Source: a phage
Sequence record: OZ556245.1
Strand: one strand, 5' to 3'
DNA length: 64,000 nucleotides
Below the pieces are notes generated by a model. The model was given only the letters and a program-made list of their open reading frames with translations. It was not told the origin of the DNA and did not search any database. Made by a program: the position numbers and the translations under genes. Below are positions 1 to 12,325 of the stretch, in pieces (position 1 is the first letter of the stretch; every line of letters starts with the position of its first letter).

Positions 1-1039
1 GAATAATACCTTCAAGACCTTGGTCAATATACTTTTTATAAATTACCTTAGCTTCATCTAGGTTATTTACTACCTGGTTTTCAATTAAAATTACTTTATC
101 ATATCCTGATGTCATTTGTTCTAGTTTAGAAAAACGTACATCATATTTTAAACGAAACGCCGGAAGACCGTATATTTCTACCAACGGGACATAATCCCAG
201 ACCTGAAACTTCATGCATTGAGCTTCTTTTTCTGAAATAGTTCCCTTTAAAGATTTATTGGCGATTCCATTAGAAGCAGTACGCGATTCAGCTACTTCGG
301 AAAACTCTTTAGCTTTACTGATTTCAGGAGCATCAAAAAGAAAATCTAGGCCTTCTGGCTCCTTTTCAACCTGCTCATGGTATACCAATTCGCCATCAAT
401 TAACACGCCTTCTGGATGAATCTGGCGAGCTTCAGCAGTCATTTTGATTAACTCTTCCTTAAGAAGATCTAATCCTAGATATTCATTACCAGCTCGTGAT
501 AAAAGACGAACATCATCTAATTCATCGCCTCGGACTTCAGCAAAACACCGAGCTCCATCTGCTTTTAACTGTGCAAAAGCTGGAAATTTGATATTCTTAC
601 TAATGCCTTTTTCATCATAAGAACTTGCCAGCATTTGAGGTTGTTCAGGAATTAAACCTGGCCAAACTTTATTTGCGATAGATACTGAAGCACCGCATTC
701 AAGATCTCGCATCATAACTCGACGCAAAACTTCAACGTCATCCTTTTTACCATCGGTGATATATCCAGTTAATTCCTCAATTGCCGCATTTCCAGTCAAT
801 TTCCGAGTAGCTAACGTGAATTCAATGAAGTCAAGCATATCGGTAATAGTCAGCATTCCAAAACTCTGGGTAGCAATACCAGGTTTAGGCCATTTCTTGA
901 TATAATACTGTAACCCACGAGAATAAGTCAGACGATATACTCGTTTAAGCAATTCATTATCTTTATTCTTTTCAAGAATTGCTTGCTTCTGCTTAGTTGA
1001 TCCAATAGATGCTATTTCATTCAGAATTTTAAGAATCAT
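1..1039 (-). CDS. 30: DNA ligase gp30, N-terminal ~346 codons; 3' end lies beyond the window edge
   Basis: Reverse-strand translation from ATG at ~1039 begins MILKILNEIASIGSTKQKQAILEKNKDNELLKRVYRLTYSRG, matching T4 DNA ligase as I recall it; frame stays open to position 1. Confidence 0.88.
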   Translation of the reverse strand, partial: MILKILNEIASIGSTKQKQAILEKNKDNELLKRVYRLTYSRGLQYYIKKWPKPGIATQSFGMLTITDMLDFIEFTLATRKLTGNAAIEELTGYITDGKKDDVEVLRRVMMRDLECGASVSIANKVWPGLIPEQPQMLASSYDEKGISKNIKFPAFAQLKADGARCFAEVRGDELDDVRLLSRAGNEYLGLDLLKEELIKMTAEARQIHPEGVLIDGELVYHEQVEKEPEGLDFLFDAPEISKAKEFSEVAESRTASNGIANKSLKGTISEKEAQCMKFQVWDYVPLVEIYGLPAFRLKYDVRFSKLEQMTSGYDKVILIENQVVNNLDEAKVIYKKYIDQGLEGII

Positions 1040-1305
1040 TGCTCATCCTTCAAGGTTTGGTTTACAGCTCTATTATAAATCAATTCATCATTAAGCTCAG
1101 GCAAAGACCTATGATATGTAGTTCTAACTTTATTTCCTTGCATCCAGTGCTTAACGTAAATGAAACCTTGCTCTACACATTTTTTAAAAATTCGTTCGTC
1201 TTTTTGAGCTCGGAATTCTGGATTACATCTAAAAAATTGATTTACGTGACCGTAATCACGTGTAGTATTACCTTCATTTTCATAAATAGTGTGAACGACA
1301 AACAT
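1036..1305 (-). CDS. hypothetical protein (30.1 position)
   Basis: 89-aa ORF, start overlaps upstream stop; synteny only. Confidence 0.5.
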   Translation of the reverse strand: MFVVHTIYENEGNTTRDYGHVNQFFRCNPEFRAQKDERIFKKCVEQGFIYVKHWMQGNKVRTTYHRSLPELNDELIYNRAVNQTLKDEQ

Positions 1306-2144
1306 TAGAATGCTCCTTGGAAAATATTATCACCGCTAGTAGGTCTATTATACAAATACTCTATGCCACCAGGTTTAATATAGTTCCATGTCTGAAATGG
1401 ATGTGTCTGATATGGATGATATAGATGATTATAAGGATTAAATCCAGGAGTTCTCCAGGTAGTGTTCCAAGGAAAAGAATCGTTTTTAACCATCTTCTCA
1501 ATTAAATCTTTTATAGCTTTTTCACTATCAAAACTTTCTTTATTTTCCTTCGGCGAAAAAAGCTTATTTTCTACATCATTCCATGTATAAACTCGCTGAG
1601 CAGTTTTTGGAATATTGTCACGCTCTCCTCGAGCCATCCAATAAACAGGAACATTTAATATTTCACTCGCATGATCGCAGTGATGAGCGAGATCGTCAAT
1701 ATAACAAATTACGTTATATTTCTCTTTTGCCTTTTTAAACAACTCTTCTTTTGAAGAATCATGACCACACATCATTACTTCTGAGAAGGCACCAGGAAAA
1801 AGAGCATTCAAATTAAATTGACGATTCAACAGAGCGTCAATAGAATCACCCAATGCTGTGACAGCTACAAAATTATAATCTTCTTTTAATTTGTTAATTA
1901 CACACAGTGCATCTTTATATGGAGACAAGTAACGAATAAAATCTGATCGATTATATTTTTCAATTAGCTTGACACCGAGTTCTTCATCACAATTAAAGAG
2001 TTTACCTGGAGAAATAAATTTCTCATCTTGGATCATTTTTAAAATATGTTCTAACGGAAGATTATATTTCTGAGCAAAATAAGGAAGACCTGATTGCCAG
2101 CTTAAACATACTCCATCAATATCAGTTAAAATAGTAGGCTTCAT
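1305..2144 (-). CDS. HAD-superfamily-like hydrolase (30.2 position)
   Basis: 279-aa ORF; N-terminal DIDGV (HAD motif I-like) and later YIDD motif; synteny. Confidence 0.55.
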   Translation of the reverse strand: MKPTILTDIDGVCLSWQSGLPYFAQKYNLPLEHILKMIQDEKFISPGKLFNCDEELGVKLIEKYNRSDFIRYLSPYKDALCVINKLKEDYNFVAVTALGDSIDALLNRQFNLNALFPGAFSEVMMCGHDSSKEELFKKAKEKYNVICYIDDLAHHCDHASEILNVPVYWMARGERDNIPKTAQRVYTWNDVENKLFSPKENKESFDSEKAIKDLIEKMVKNDSFPWNTTWRTPGFNPYNHLYHPYQTHPFQTWNYIKPGGIEYLYNRPTSGDNIFQGAF

Positions 2145-2599
2145 AGAGAGTCTCTTAATAGGTTTAACACATCAATAAATTCAGCTTCGGTTAGTATTGT
2201 ATCATCTTTTGTTAGATCACTAGCCATGCTGTGCTTCAAAACTTTTCCTTTCGAGGCTTGTAATGCATCGCGAAAGCCCTTGTTTTGGAACGCTGCTTCA
2301 AAATATGCATTTGTGTATAATTCTTTCCACGCTGGAGAGTATCTTGAAAACGGAACTCCAAGCCAGAAGAGGGTCCCACGGTCCTGAGCTCTAGCATAAG
2401 ACCTTCCAGCTTGTTGGGCGGCAAGCCCGGATAACCCAAATATACGTCTTTGCTGTTCAACATTTTTCACCTTACATCCTTGGAGGAATCCTTCGAGACC
2501 TCCAAATTGAATGTCATCCATAACGAAAGGCCATTGGGCGAAATTACTTAATGCACATGATGGCCATTTAAAATTGCTTCTAATCTCTAACTCAGACAT
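2141..2599 (-). CDS. YbiA/NADAR-like domain protein (30.3 position)
   Basis: 152-aa ORF; residue pattern resembles the DUF1768/NADAR fold as recalled for T4 30.3; not verified by search. Confidence 0.5.
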   Translation of the reverse strand: MSELEIRSNFKWPSCALSNFAQWPFVMDDIQFGGLEGFLQGCKVKNVEQQRRIFGLSGLAAQQAGRSYARAQDRGTLFWLGVPFSRYSPAWKELYTNAYFEAAFQNKGFRDALQASKGKVLKHSMASDLTKDDTILTEAEFIDVLNLLRDSL

Positions 2600-2807
2600 C
2601 TTTAATACTTATAATTTCAATATCAGCCCAATGACCGTAACTTGGTAAACGGTCTTCAATAGATAATCCGCCATCATATTTAAGCATTTTAATTGTCATA
2701 ATATATGGCTCTAAATGGTCTTCAGTGAGCGGAGAGACATCAGTCACACGATAAGTAACTTCGACCATTTCCGTGCCCAGTAATTTCTTGATTAATTTCT
2801 TAAACAT
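2592..2807 (-). CDS. hypothetical protein
   Basis: 71-aa ORF in co-directional minus-strand array. Confidence 0.45.
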   Translation of the reverse strand: MFKKLIKKLLGTEMVEVTYRVTDVSPLTEDHLEPYIMTIKMLKYDGGLSIEDRLPSYGHWADIEIISIKDV

Positions 2808-2811
2808 TTTA

Positions 2812-3099
2812 TTAGAACCTCATCTGAAAACCGTGCGATTTAACATTACCGCCGCCAATATCAGAAATGTTAATTTCACGCGCAATTGAAGGGTCAATGT
2901 CAATTTCACGATTGAGTTTAGTGATAGCTAAAGTATCGCGGCCATTTACAGTACGGAACTCTAAAGGGCAGACTACATTAACATAGTTTTTAATCGATTC
3001 ACTGGTAAGTTGCAAATGAGCAGGAAGGTCTTTAGGCGCCTTAGAGAAAACCACTTCACAGAAATTTTTGCGGGTGTCAAAATAAGTAGTCATAAACAT
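2812..3099 (-). CDS. hypothetical protein
   Basis: 95-aa ORF in minus-strand array. Confidence 0.5.
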   Translation of the reverse strand: MFMTTYFDTRKNFCEVVFSKAPKDLPAHLQLTSESIKNYVNVVCPLEFRTVNGRDTLAITKLNREIDIDPSIAREINISDIGGGNVKSHGFQMRF

Positions 3100-3140
3100 A
3101 GTATTTTCCTCAGTAAGGGGCCGAAGCCCCTCATTTTATT

Positions 3141-3506
3141 TTAAATATCAAATTCGTTAAGAACTACATCAAAGATTGCTTCAAGATGCTCAGGGTTAGC
3201 TCTGTTACTCAGAATATGACGAATCCAAGTTTTAACCAGAAGCTTGCGATTAACACCATTCCAGCAAGGATGAGTCCCTAAATCGCGTTGACGAAAATCA
3301 TCATCCAAAGCGATTTTGAAGTTGGAACCTTCCATTGTGATTGAAACCGTGATGCCATTTTCAAATCGCATATAAACGTAGTTAGGAGTCATATACTGTT
3401 CAATTTCGCATACTGATCCATTTTGATGTTTCCAAAGGTAAATAGTATCAATAGAACCTGCAATACCATTAGAAACATATTTACGTTCAAAGTTGATGTA
3501 GTTCAT
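3141..3506 (-). CDS. hypothetical protein
   Basis: 121-aa ORF in minus-strand array. Confidence 0.5.
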   Translation of the reverse strand: MNYINFERKYVSNGIAGSIDTIYLWKHQNGSVCEIEQYMTPNYVYMRFENGITVSITMEGSNFKIALDDDFRQRDLGTHPCWNGVNRKLLVKTWIRHILSNRANPEHLEAIFDVVLNEFDI

Positions 3507-3574
3507 TTTTATTCTCCGAGATGTTTAATTGCAGTACAGGTATATAATATCATATCCTGTACCAAAGTAAACAA

Positions 3575-3907
3575 TTATTTTACTACTTTCCAGTGCTGCA
3601 TGTCAAGTTTACCAACTTTTTTCATCTTCTCAATTAAGCGTTCGGCGCGTTGGCGAGCTGTAACATAATACCATTCACCCAATTCATTTTGTTCAATTTT
3701 TCCAACGATTACTGTATTCAATTCATAAATCCAACCAGTAAAGAAATTATGAACTTGAATTGTAAAGGTGAAATCTGTTCCCATACCTTCTGTTGTTTCT
3801 ACTTCAATAATATCACCTTCAACTGCCATTAAGAACCACATAGTTTCATCATATTTACCATTGAAGCATTTAGTTTTAACTGCAGCGTTCAGATTAATCG
3901 TTTTCAT
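3575..3907 (-). CDS. hypothetical protein
   Basis: 110-aa ORF in minus-strand array. Confidence 0.5.
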   Translation of the reverse strand: MKTINLNAAVKTKCFNGKYDETMWFLMAVEGDIIEVETTEGMGTDFTFTIQVHNFFTGWIYELNTVIVGKIEQNELGEWYYVTARQRAERLIEKMKKVGKLDMQHWKVVK

Positions 3908-3984
3908 TTTATTCTCCTTTGTTTGTGTAAGATAATACTATCACAAAGGAACCATACTGTAAACAACTTTGTGCAGTCTTTGGA

Positions 3985-4012
3985 AAATAAAAAAGGACTC
4001 CCGAAGGAGTCC
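3985..4012 (-). terminator. rho-independent terminator
   Basis: AGGACTCC-CGAA-GGAGTCCT hairpin (UUCG loop on transcript) with U-run. Confidence 0.55.
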
Positions 4013-4017
4013 TCAAC

Positions 4018-4194
4018 TTATGCTTTCTGCTTACCAAAACGAGAAGCATCATCTCGAAGAACCGCACGTGCTCGGCGCATGATCTTCTCAACAGTTTGAT
4101 TGATACGAGAGTTCGACCCACGCTTGTAACCAGCGCGTTTAGAATCACCAACTTTCTTTTCAACTGCTTTCTTTGCTTTAGCTTGTTTTGCCAT
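4018..4194 (-). CDS. small basic protein (start taken at MAKQAK)
   Basis: Lys/Arg-rich ~58-aa reading; followed downstream by a terminator hairpin. Confidence 0.4.
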   Translation of the reverse strand: MAKQAKAKKAVEKKVGDSKRAGYKRGSNSRINQTVEKIMRRARAVLRDDASRFGKQKA

Positions 4195-4314
4195 TATAAA
4201 TTCTCTTTTAAATGAAAATGCAGGACTTATTGGCATTGCCTGCGCAAGCCCTCAAGGGGAACATAGGTTTTTGAATATTTAACGACCAGGATAACCATAA
4301 ACCCGTCATCATAC

Positions 4315-4563
4315 TTACTTCAGTGTTACCACAAAATGACGAACTGCTTTTCGTGCAGCAGAAGCCAGTGGCTTAGCATATTTAAGTTCATCTTTTTCCT
4401 GAAGCTCAGCAGCTAATGCAGTTTGAGCAGGATTCAGATGTTTGAAATAACGCAGGATTTCAAGAGCTTCGGCTTCAACATCAATAGATGCGCCATAGTT
4501 TTCGTGACCATTATTCCATGCGTTTCGTTGCAGTTCAAGAGCGTGTTGTAATTGTTTAATCAT
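4315..4563 (-). CDS. rIII: rIII lysis-inhibition accessory protein
   Basis: 82-aa ORF immediately upstream of gene 31 position; length and synteny as in T4. Confidence 0.8.
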   Translation of the reverse strand: MIKQLQHALELQRNAWNNGHENYGASIDVEAEALEILRYFKHLNPAQTALAAELQEKDELKYAKPLASAARKAVRHFVVTLK

Positions 4564-4711
4564 TTAAAAAATTCTCGTTAGAGATTAAAACTCGGTAGTC
4601 ACGTTCTTCTGAATTTCATCTTCTTTCGACAGATCTCTCAGTTGTAGACTACCACGTAGAATTGTTCGGTTAACTTATTATTCCGACACCCAATTCATAT
4701 TATTATTTATA

Positions 4712-5047
4712 TCACTTATAAAGACACGGAATAGCTTTATAGTGACAGGTAACGAATTTTTGTTTAATTTCTTTTGGCTGCTTAAGACCCAGAGCTACAA
4801 AAGGATGCGGAACGTTTCGAATTTGACCAACTGGAAGAGAAGTCAAATCACCAACTTCACAGAAACCTTCAGGAACATCAGGACCAACAGAGTGAACTAC
4901 ACACAGTTCAGGAACTTCACCTTGAACACGTTTACCGATAATAAGTCCTGATTCTGTAACTTCTTCATCACCGGCTTGTGCAGGTTCAGAAACTAAAATA
5001 ACATATTCACCGACAGCACGAATTGGTAGCTGTTGTACTTCAGACAT
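4712..5047 (-). CDS. 31: gp31 GroES-like co-chaperonin
   Basis: 111-aa ORF, length and synteny match T4 gp31. Confidence 0.85.
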
Positions 5048-5103
5048 CGTTTTTCCTTTTTGTTAACAGATGAATTAATAATAACAAATAATTCTTAAAG
5101 CAT

Positions 5104-5412
5104 TTATTTACCAATAAATTGAAGCAAATGCTCAACTTTCATACCATTAACGGAAATTAATTTATCAATAGAAAAACCTCGCCATGCACCAAGCTCAACA
5201 TCAAATACTGGAACCATATCAGTAGATTCTTTCCGAGTAGATTCAGTCAATTTACCGGTTTGCATGGTTGGCATAAAATCGGCATCACGAGTACCTTTCA
5301 TAGTACGAATAGTACCATCAGACTTTTCAAAAACTATGTTTGAAACCCCCATGGACAATTTAGTTTTCAAAATTTCACGAATTGCTACTTTCTGTTCAGT
5401 TGTCAGTTTCAT
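5104..5412 (-). CDS. hypothetical protein (31.1 position)
   Basis: 102-aa ORF. Confidence 0.5.
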   Translation of the reverse strand: MKLTTEQKVAIREILKTKLSMGVSNIVFEKSDGTIRTMKGTRDADFMPTMQTGKLTESTRKESTDMVPVFDVELGAWRGFSIDKLISVNGMKVEHLLQFIGK

Positions 5413-5649
5413 TTATTTACCTATTACAGTTTTAATATGGGTTGTTCCACGTTCTTTAAGAGTGGAAAGCAATTTTTGGCATTTTTCTAAATCAGATTTC
5501 CAACTATACGGCCTATCAATACTAGTCCAATCAGTTTTATAATACTGTTTCCATTTAGAGAAAAAATATTTCTTATACTCTACAGCAAATGAAATGTTCT
5601 CGTTGGAATAAGAACTAATTGCTGTGAGCTGTACCAAACGAAATTTCAT
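5413..5649 (-). CDS. hypothetical protein (31.2 position)
   Basis: 78-aa ORF. Confidence 0.45.
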   Translation of the reverse strand: MKFRLVQLTAISSYSNENISFAVEYKKYFFSKWKQYYKTDWTSIDRPYSWKSDLEKCQKLLSTLKERGTTHIKTVIGK

Positions 5650-6230
5650 TATTCACCACAGAATTCGTTGATATTTTCCCAGTTTAACTTATTCAAGTTT
5701 TTCTTAGGAACATTAAACACTTCAATACCTGCATTTCGCAGAATATCATCCCAGCCAGGTTTATTTTTATCGTATGTTTCGCAATAAACCAGCTTTTTAA
5801 TACCAGATTGAGCTATCGCTTTTGCGCAATCTGGGCAAGGAGAAAGTGTTACATACATAGTAGCACCTTCAATTGAAGAACCGTTTCGTGCAGCAAACAA
5901 AATCGCATTTAGTTCAGCATGAATTTCATTTTTAGACGACCATTCAGAGTGCGCGCTACGGTGTTCTTTCGCCAAGACAAAACGATCAGTTGAACCAAAT
6001 GATACACATTCAGGCTTATGACCTTGAATGATAGTATGTTTAGGCTTATTCAACAACCAACCTTGCTCAGCAGCATAATCACAACAGTTCACACCACCGG
6101 CAGGTGAACCATTATATCCGGTAGAAATAATACGTCCATTCTTTTCAATTACTGCTCCTACCTTCCAGGAGCAACATTTTGATTCTTGCGATACTAAATA
6201 TGCAATTTGAAGTACTGTACTCGCTTTCAT
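5649..6230 (-). CDS. cd: dCMP deaminase
   Basis: 193-aa ORF with HAELNAI and SPCPDCAKAI zinc-binding cytidine/dCMP deaminase motifs. Confidence 0.9.
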   Translation of the reverse strand: MKASTVLQIAYLVSQESKCCSWKVGAVIEKNGRIISTGYNGSPAGGVNCCDYAAEQGWLLNKPKHTIIQGHKPECVSFGSTDRFVLAKEHRSAHSEWSSKNEIHAELNAILFAARNGSSIEGATMYVTLSPCPDCAKAIAQSGIKKLVYCETYDKNKPGWDDILRNAGIEVFNVPKKNLNKLNWENINEFCGE

Positions 6231-6565
6231 TTCATAATCACCAGATAAGCAGATTTAGCAGTTTCAACACGATAAATTTCGTGACGAAGTTTAGTTATAC
6301 TTTTAATAACAGAACTAATTATATTCTGCCCATCTTTAAAGCGGTTTTTCTTATCAATAAAAATTGCGCCAACCATCTTTTTGTGAAGCTCAACTGGATA
6401 CTTCGTCACAATAATAGCATCATACACAGAAGGATGAATACTATTCACTAGAGTGTCATTCATTAAAGTTATTCTAATGAACTGTGCTGTTTCAGAGTCA
6501 AGCGCTCTATGATCGCCAGTATCATTTTCAAGACAATTATCAATTATATCAGTTAAATTCATCAT
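6227..6565 (-). CDS. hypothetical protein (cd.1 position)
   Basis: 112-aa ORF. Confidence 0.5.
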   Translation of the reverse strand: MMNLTDIIDNCLENDTGDHRALDSETAQFIRITLMNDTLVNSIHPSVYDAIIVTKYPVELHKKMVGAIFIDKKNRFKDGQNIISSVIKSITKLRHEIYRVETAKSAYLVIMK

Positions 6566-6798
6566 AGTACGCCATACACCCTTTGTGCTTCAACTAATCC
6601 ATCAAAATCCAATTTGAGATGTGTTATTTGGTCACCATCACCTGGATTCACAATTACTAATACTGAACGAGGAGTTTCGGTAATAACGCGAACCGATGTT
6701 TCTGGAAATCGTTCAGAAACCTTATTTACCAATTCCTGAGCAAATAGTTTAACTTTTTCTTGGAATTCTTTAACAGTAATTGGTTTTTCACTTAGCAT
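6562..6798 (-). CDS. hypothetical protein
   Basis: 78-aa ORF. Confidence 0.5.
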   Translation of the reverse strand: MLSEKPITVKEFQEKVKLFAQELVNKVSERFPETSVRVITETPRSVLVIVNPGDGDQITHLKLDFDGLVEAQRVYGVL

Positions 6799-7322
6799 GT
6801 TGATCCCAGCTCCTTACTTTCAACGTTTTTAACTAATTTGACAGAAACTAATTCAGCATCTTGAGTAATCATTACCGGGCCTTCTTCATACTCTTCAAGA
6901 TATTCTAGAGCTTTCTTTTTAGCTTCTTCCTTCGTATCAGTTTGAGCATAGATATAAAACATGCAACCACCAGTAATACCTACTACTTTCCACTTAATTT
7001 CTTTATCAGTTTTAATTTCAAATTTACTGACAGAATCATCTTTTTGAACTTCTTCGAAAAAAGAATATTCTAACATATAAGCAATTGAAAATAACGGGCT
7101 AACTTTATAAGATTCGCCCATTACATCAACAGCTTTATACCAGCGGTCATCAATTTCGCGTTTAATGCTAATAACATTTTTCGCAGGATCTATTTTTACT
7201 TTAAATGAATTTTCCCCAATAAACTGGGCAATTCGTTTATTAGCACCACAGGTTTCATTAAAAATATTTTTATATCCAGCTTTAAAGCGATAAACCTTAT
7301 CTTCTTCAAACCATTCGCTCAT
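6792..7322 (-). CDS. hypothetical protein
   Basis: 176-aa ORF. Confidence 0.5.
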   Translation of the reverse strand: MSEWFEEDKVYRFKAGYKNIFNETCGANKRIAQFIGENSFKVKIDPAKNVISIKREIDDRWYKAVDVMGESYKVSPLFSIAYMLEYSFFEEVQKDDSVSKFEIKTDKEIKWKVVGITGGCMFYIYAQTDTKEEAKKKALEYLEEYEEGPVMITQDAELVSVKLVKNVESKELGSTC

Positions 7323-7384
7323 TTCAATTTCCTCATTTGTTTTGGTAGAGCTATAATATCACAACTCTACCGTAAAGTAAACTA

Positions 7385-7660
7385 TTAAAATGCTTTGAAT
7401 TCTGATGTCTGCGATTCAAAGCAAATATCGCCTTTGATGACTAGCTCAGCATCAAGACCAAATACGACAATGATATGCGCAGAACCTGGATACAACGTAA
7501 TGGCAATAGAATCCACCTGGTCTGGAAGCAAAGTGTTCAATACATGAGTCACTTGAGCATGAATTCGAAGCTCGGCAGCGTTATCAAGCTTTTCAAACAT
7601 ATTATTAGCAATAATTTGGCTAAACACTACTTCTACGATTTTAGAATAAGTCGGAAACAT
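7385..7660 (-). CDS. hypothetical protein
   Basis: 91-aa ORF preceded by an early-promoter-like element. Confidence 0.5.
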   Translation of the reverse strand: MFPTYSKIVEVVFSQIIANNMFEKLDNAAELRIHAQVTHVLNTLLPDQVDSIAITLYPGSAHIIVVFGLDAELVIKGDICFESQTSEFKAF

Positions 7661-7662
7661 AT

Positions 7663-7855
7663 TTACCTCACATAATTTTCTTCAAGCCAATCAATAACAT
7701 CCAACGCATTATCAAAAGTTGAACCATCTACTTTGTCTTCTGTTTCATAATCAAGAACATCTAAGCCTACTCTTCCATCAACAATAGGCCATAAACAAAA
7801 TAGATATTTCTTTTCTTTTTCAATTTTATCACAAAGCCGATAAATCTTTTCTATG

Positions 7856-7863
<8 letters not shown>
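7663..7863 (-). CDS. hypothetical protein
   Basis: 66-aa ORF. Confidence 0.45.
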
Positions 7864-9278
<1,415 letters not shown>

Positions 9279-9281
9279 TTA

Positions 9282-9512
9282 TTATTTCTCAACCAATGAT
9301 TGAATATAATCATGCAGGTCTTTGGATGCTTTACCCCACTTATTTTGGTATTCATTTTTAAGATTAGCACGTGATTGAGCTAATAAAACATCATTAGTTG
9401 GAGGTAAAGATTCTAACCGCTGAATCTGGCGTCCGTAAATCATTGCAGCCATCTCGGATTCATAAATCAATCCTTTGAGATGTTCAAATTGATGCCATGA
9501 AATCATTTGCAT
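9282..9512 (-). CDS. hypothetical protein
   Basis: 76-aa ORF. Confidence 0.45.
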   Translation of the reverse strand: MQMISWHQFEHLKGLIYESEMAAMIYGRQIQRLESLPPTNDVLLAQSRANLKNEYQNKWGKASKDLHDYIQSLVEK

Positions 9513-9802
9513 TTATCCTCTTTTAACTCTTGGCGATAATAACATATCATAGTTTTCTGATCATGTACATATCGTTTTACATCATTAAGCCAAATACGAA
9601 ATTCCTGGGAATCTTCGAATGGCATACCGACCCAAGCTTTACCATCAATAACTTTAACTTGCCAAGATAGTTTAGCTTCATCGTATGACTTTATTTGTAC
9701 AGGCCAATTAGGATGAACTGTTTCTTTCTTTACTTCTAGAGGCTTTGTCGAACAACCAACTAGAATACCAATAGATAATATTACTGCTGATAGTTTAATC
9801 AT
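9503..9802 (-). CDS. outer-membrane spanin-like lipoprotein (o-spanin)
   Basis: 99-aa ORF with lipoprotein signal and lipobox (ILVGCS); directly downstream of a putative i-spanin. Confidence 0.55.
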   Translation of the reverse strand: MIKLSAVILSIGILVGCSTKPLEVKKETVHPNWPVQIKSYDEAKLSWQVKVIDGKAWVGMPFEDSQEFRIWLNDVKRYVHDQKTMICYYRQELKEDKCK

Positions 9803-10152
9803 TTAGAAAGGTCCTGGATGTCTTCTGCGAACTTGTTGAAGGAGTTGTTGATTTGTTTTTCAACCAATCCTGGCTTATGAGCCACCACATCCGCCTTCTT
9901 TGCGTCTTTGCGCAGTTTTTCATTTTCACGCTCAATAGCAGCAATTGCCTCACGATTTTTATTATTCATCGCATCAATATAATTATACTGAATTCGCAAA
10001 TTATTTAATGCTAAAGCGTTTTCATTGGCCGTTTTTGTAATTTCTACAACAGACGTTTCTAATCTTTCAATTTTATTTTTTAAAATTAAAGAAGTTCCGC
10101 CCAATGCAATTACAATTAATAACAAGCCTGTTGTCGTATTACTTAATTGCAT
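9799..10152 (-). CDS. inner-membrane spanin-like protein (i-spanin)
   Basis: 117-aa ORF with N-terminal TM helix followed by a charged, coiled-coil-like region. Confidence 0.55.
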   Translation of the reverse strand: MQLSNTTTGLLLIVIALGGTSLILKNKIERLETSVVEITKTANENALALNNLRIQYNYIDAMNNKNREAIAAIERENEKLRKDAKKADVVAHKPGLVEKQINNSFNKFAEDIQDLSK

Positions 10153-10646
10153 AAAGTTTTAATAACCTCTACAATATCGTCTTGAGAAAGACCGTTAATT
10201 AAAATATGATGTTCAGCTGGAGATTTAGAAATTTTAAAGCATGCCTCAACATCTTCTGCCATATCTGATGCGCTACGATTTGGATTACTAATTCCAAGAC
10301 GATGTTTTCCCGTTAAAGGATTAACGATGATATAGCATTTACAGTTGTTAATATGAACATTAGGTTGAGTCTGATTAATGAACACATCACAATCATATTT
10401 CGCAAGCTGATTTTCTAAAAAGACTTTCATCTCCTCAACCGCATCAGGAAGCATATCACGGGCTTGCTCAAGACGACGATTTCGATATTCTTTAATGGTC
10501 GTTTTCCGCTTGACTTGCTTAGCTAAATCTTTCTTAAGATCGGTGATATATCCAACTCGACGATTTCCTTTAAATACAGAAATCCCATCTGTAGTATCAC
10601 CGTATGCTTCAACGACCATCTCAGTAGTAATAAGCTGCAAATCCAT
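10143..10646 (-). CDS. alc: Alc host-transcription unfolding/termination protein
   Basis: 167-aa ORF; length and synteny (between pseT block and rnlA) as in T4. Confidence 0.75.
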   Translation of the reverse strand: MDLQLITTEMVVEAYGDTTDGISVFKGNRRVGYITDLKKDLAKQVKRKTTIKEYRNRRLEQARDMLPDAVEEMKVFLENQLAKYDCDVFINQTQPNVHINNCKCYIIVNPLTGKHRLGISNPNRSASDMAEDVEACFKISKSPAEHHILINGLSQDDIVEVIKTLCN

Positions 10647-10710
10647 TATAAAGTCCTCATGTTATGTCAGTAAGACTACTGTAACACAACACGAGGGACT
10701 TGTAAACAGC

Positions 10711-12298
<1,588 letters not shown>

Positions 12299-12325
12299 AA
12301 TAAAATGGGCCTTGCGGCCCACTCC

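Noticed and set aside
1039-1308. Plus-strand 89-aa ORF
   Set aside because: Lies antisense across the start region of DNA ligase and the 1036-1305 ORF in a uniformly minus-strand early region; no Shine-Dalgarno; treated as a shadow ORF.
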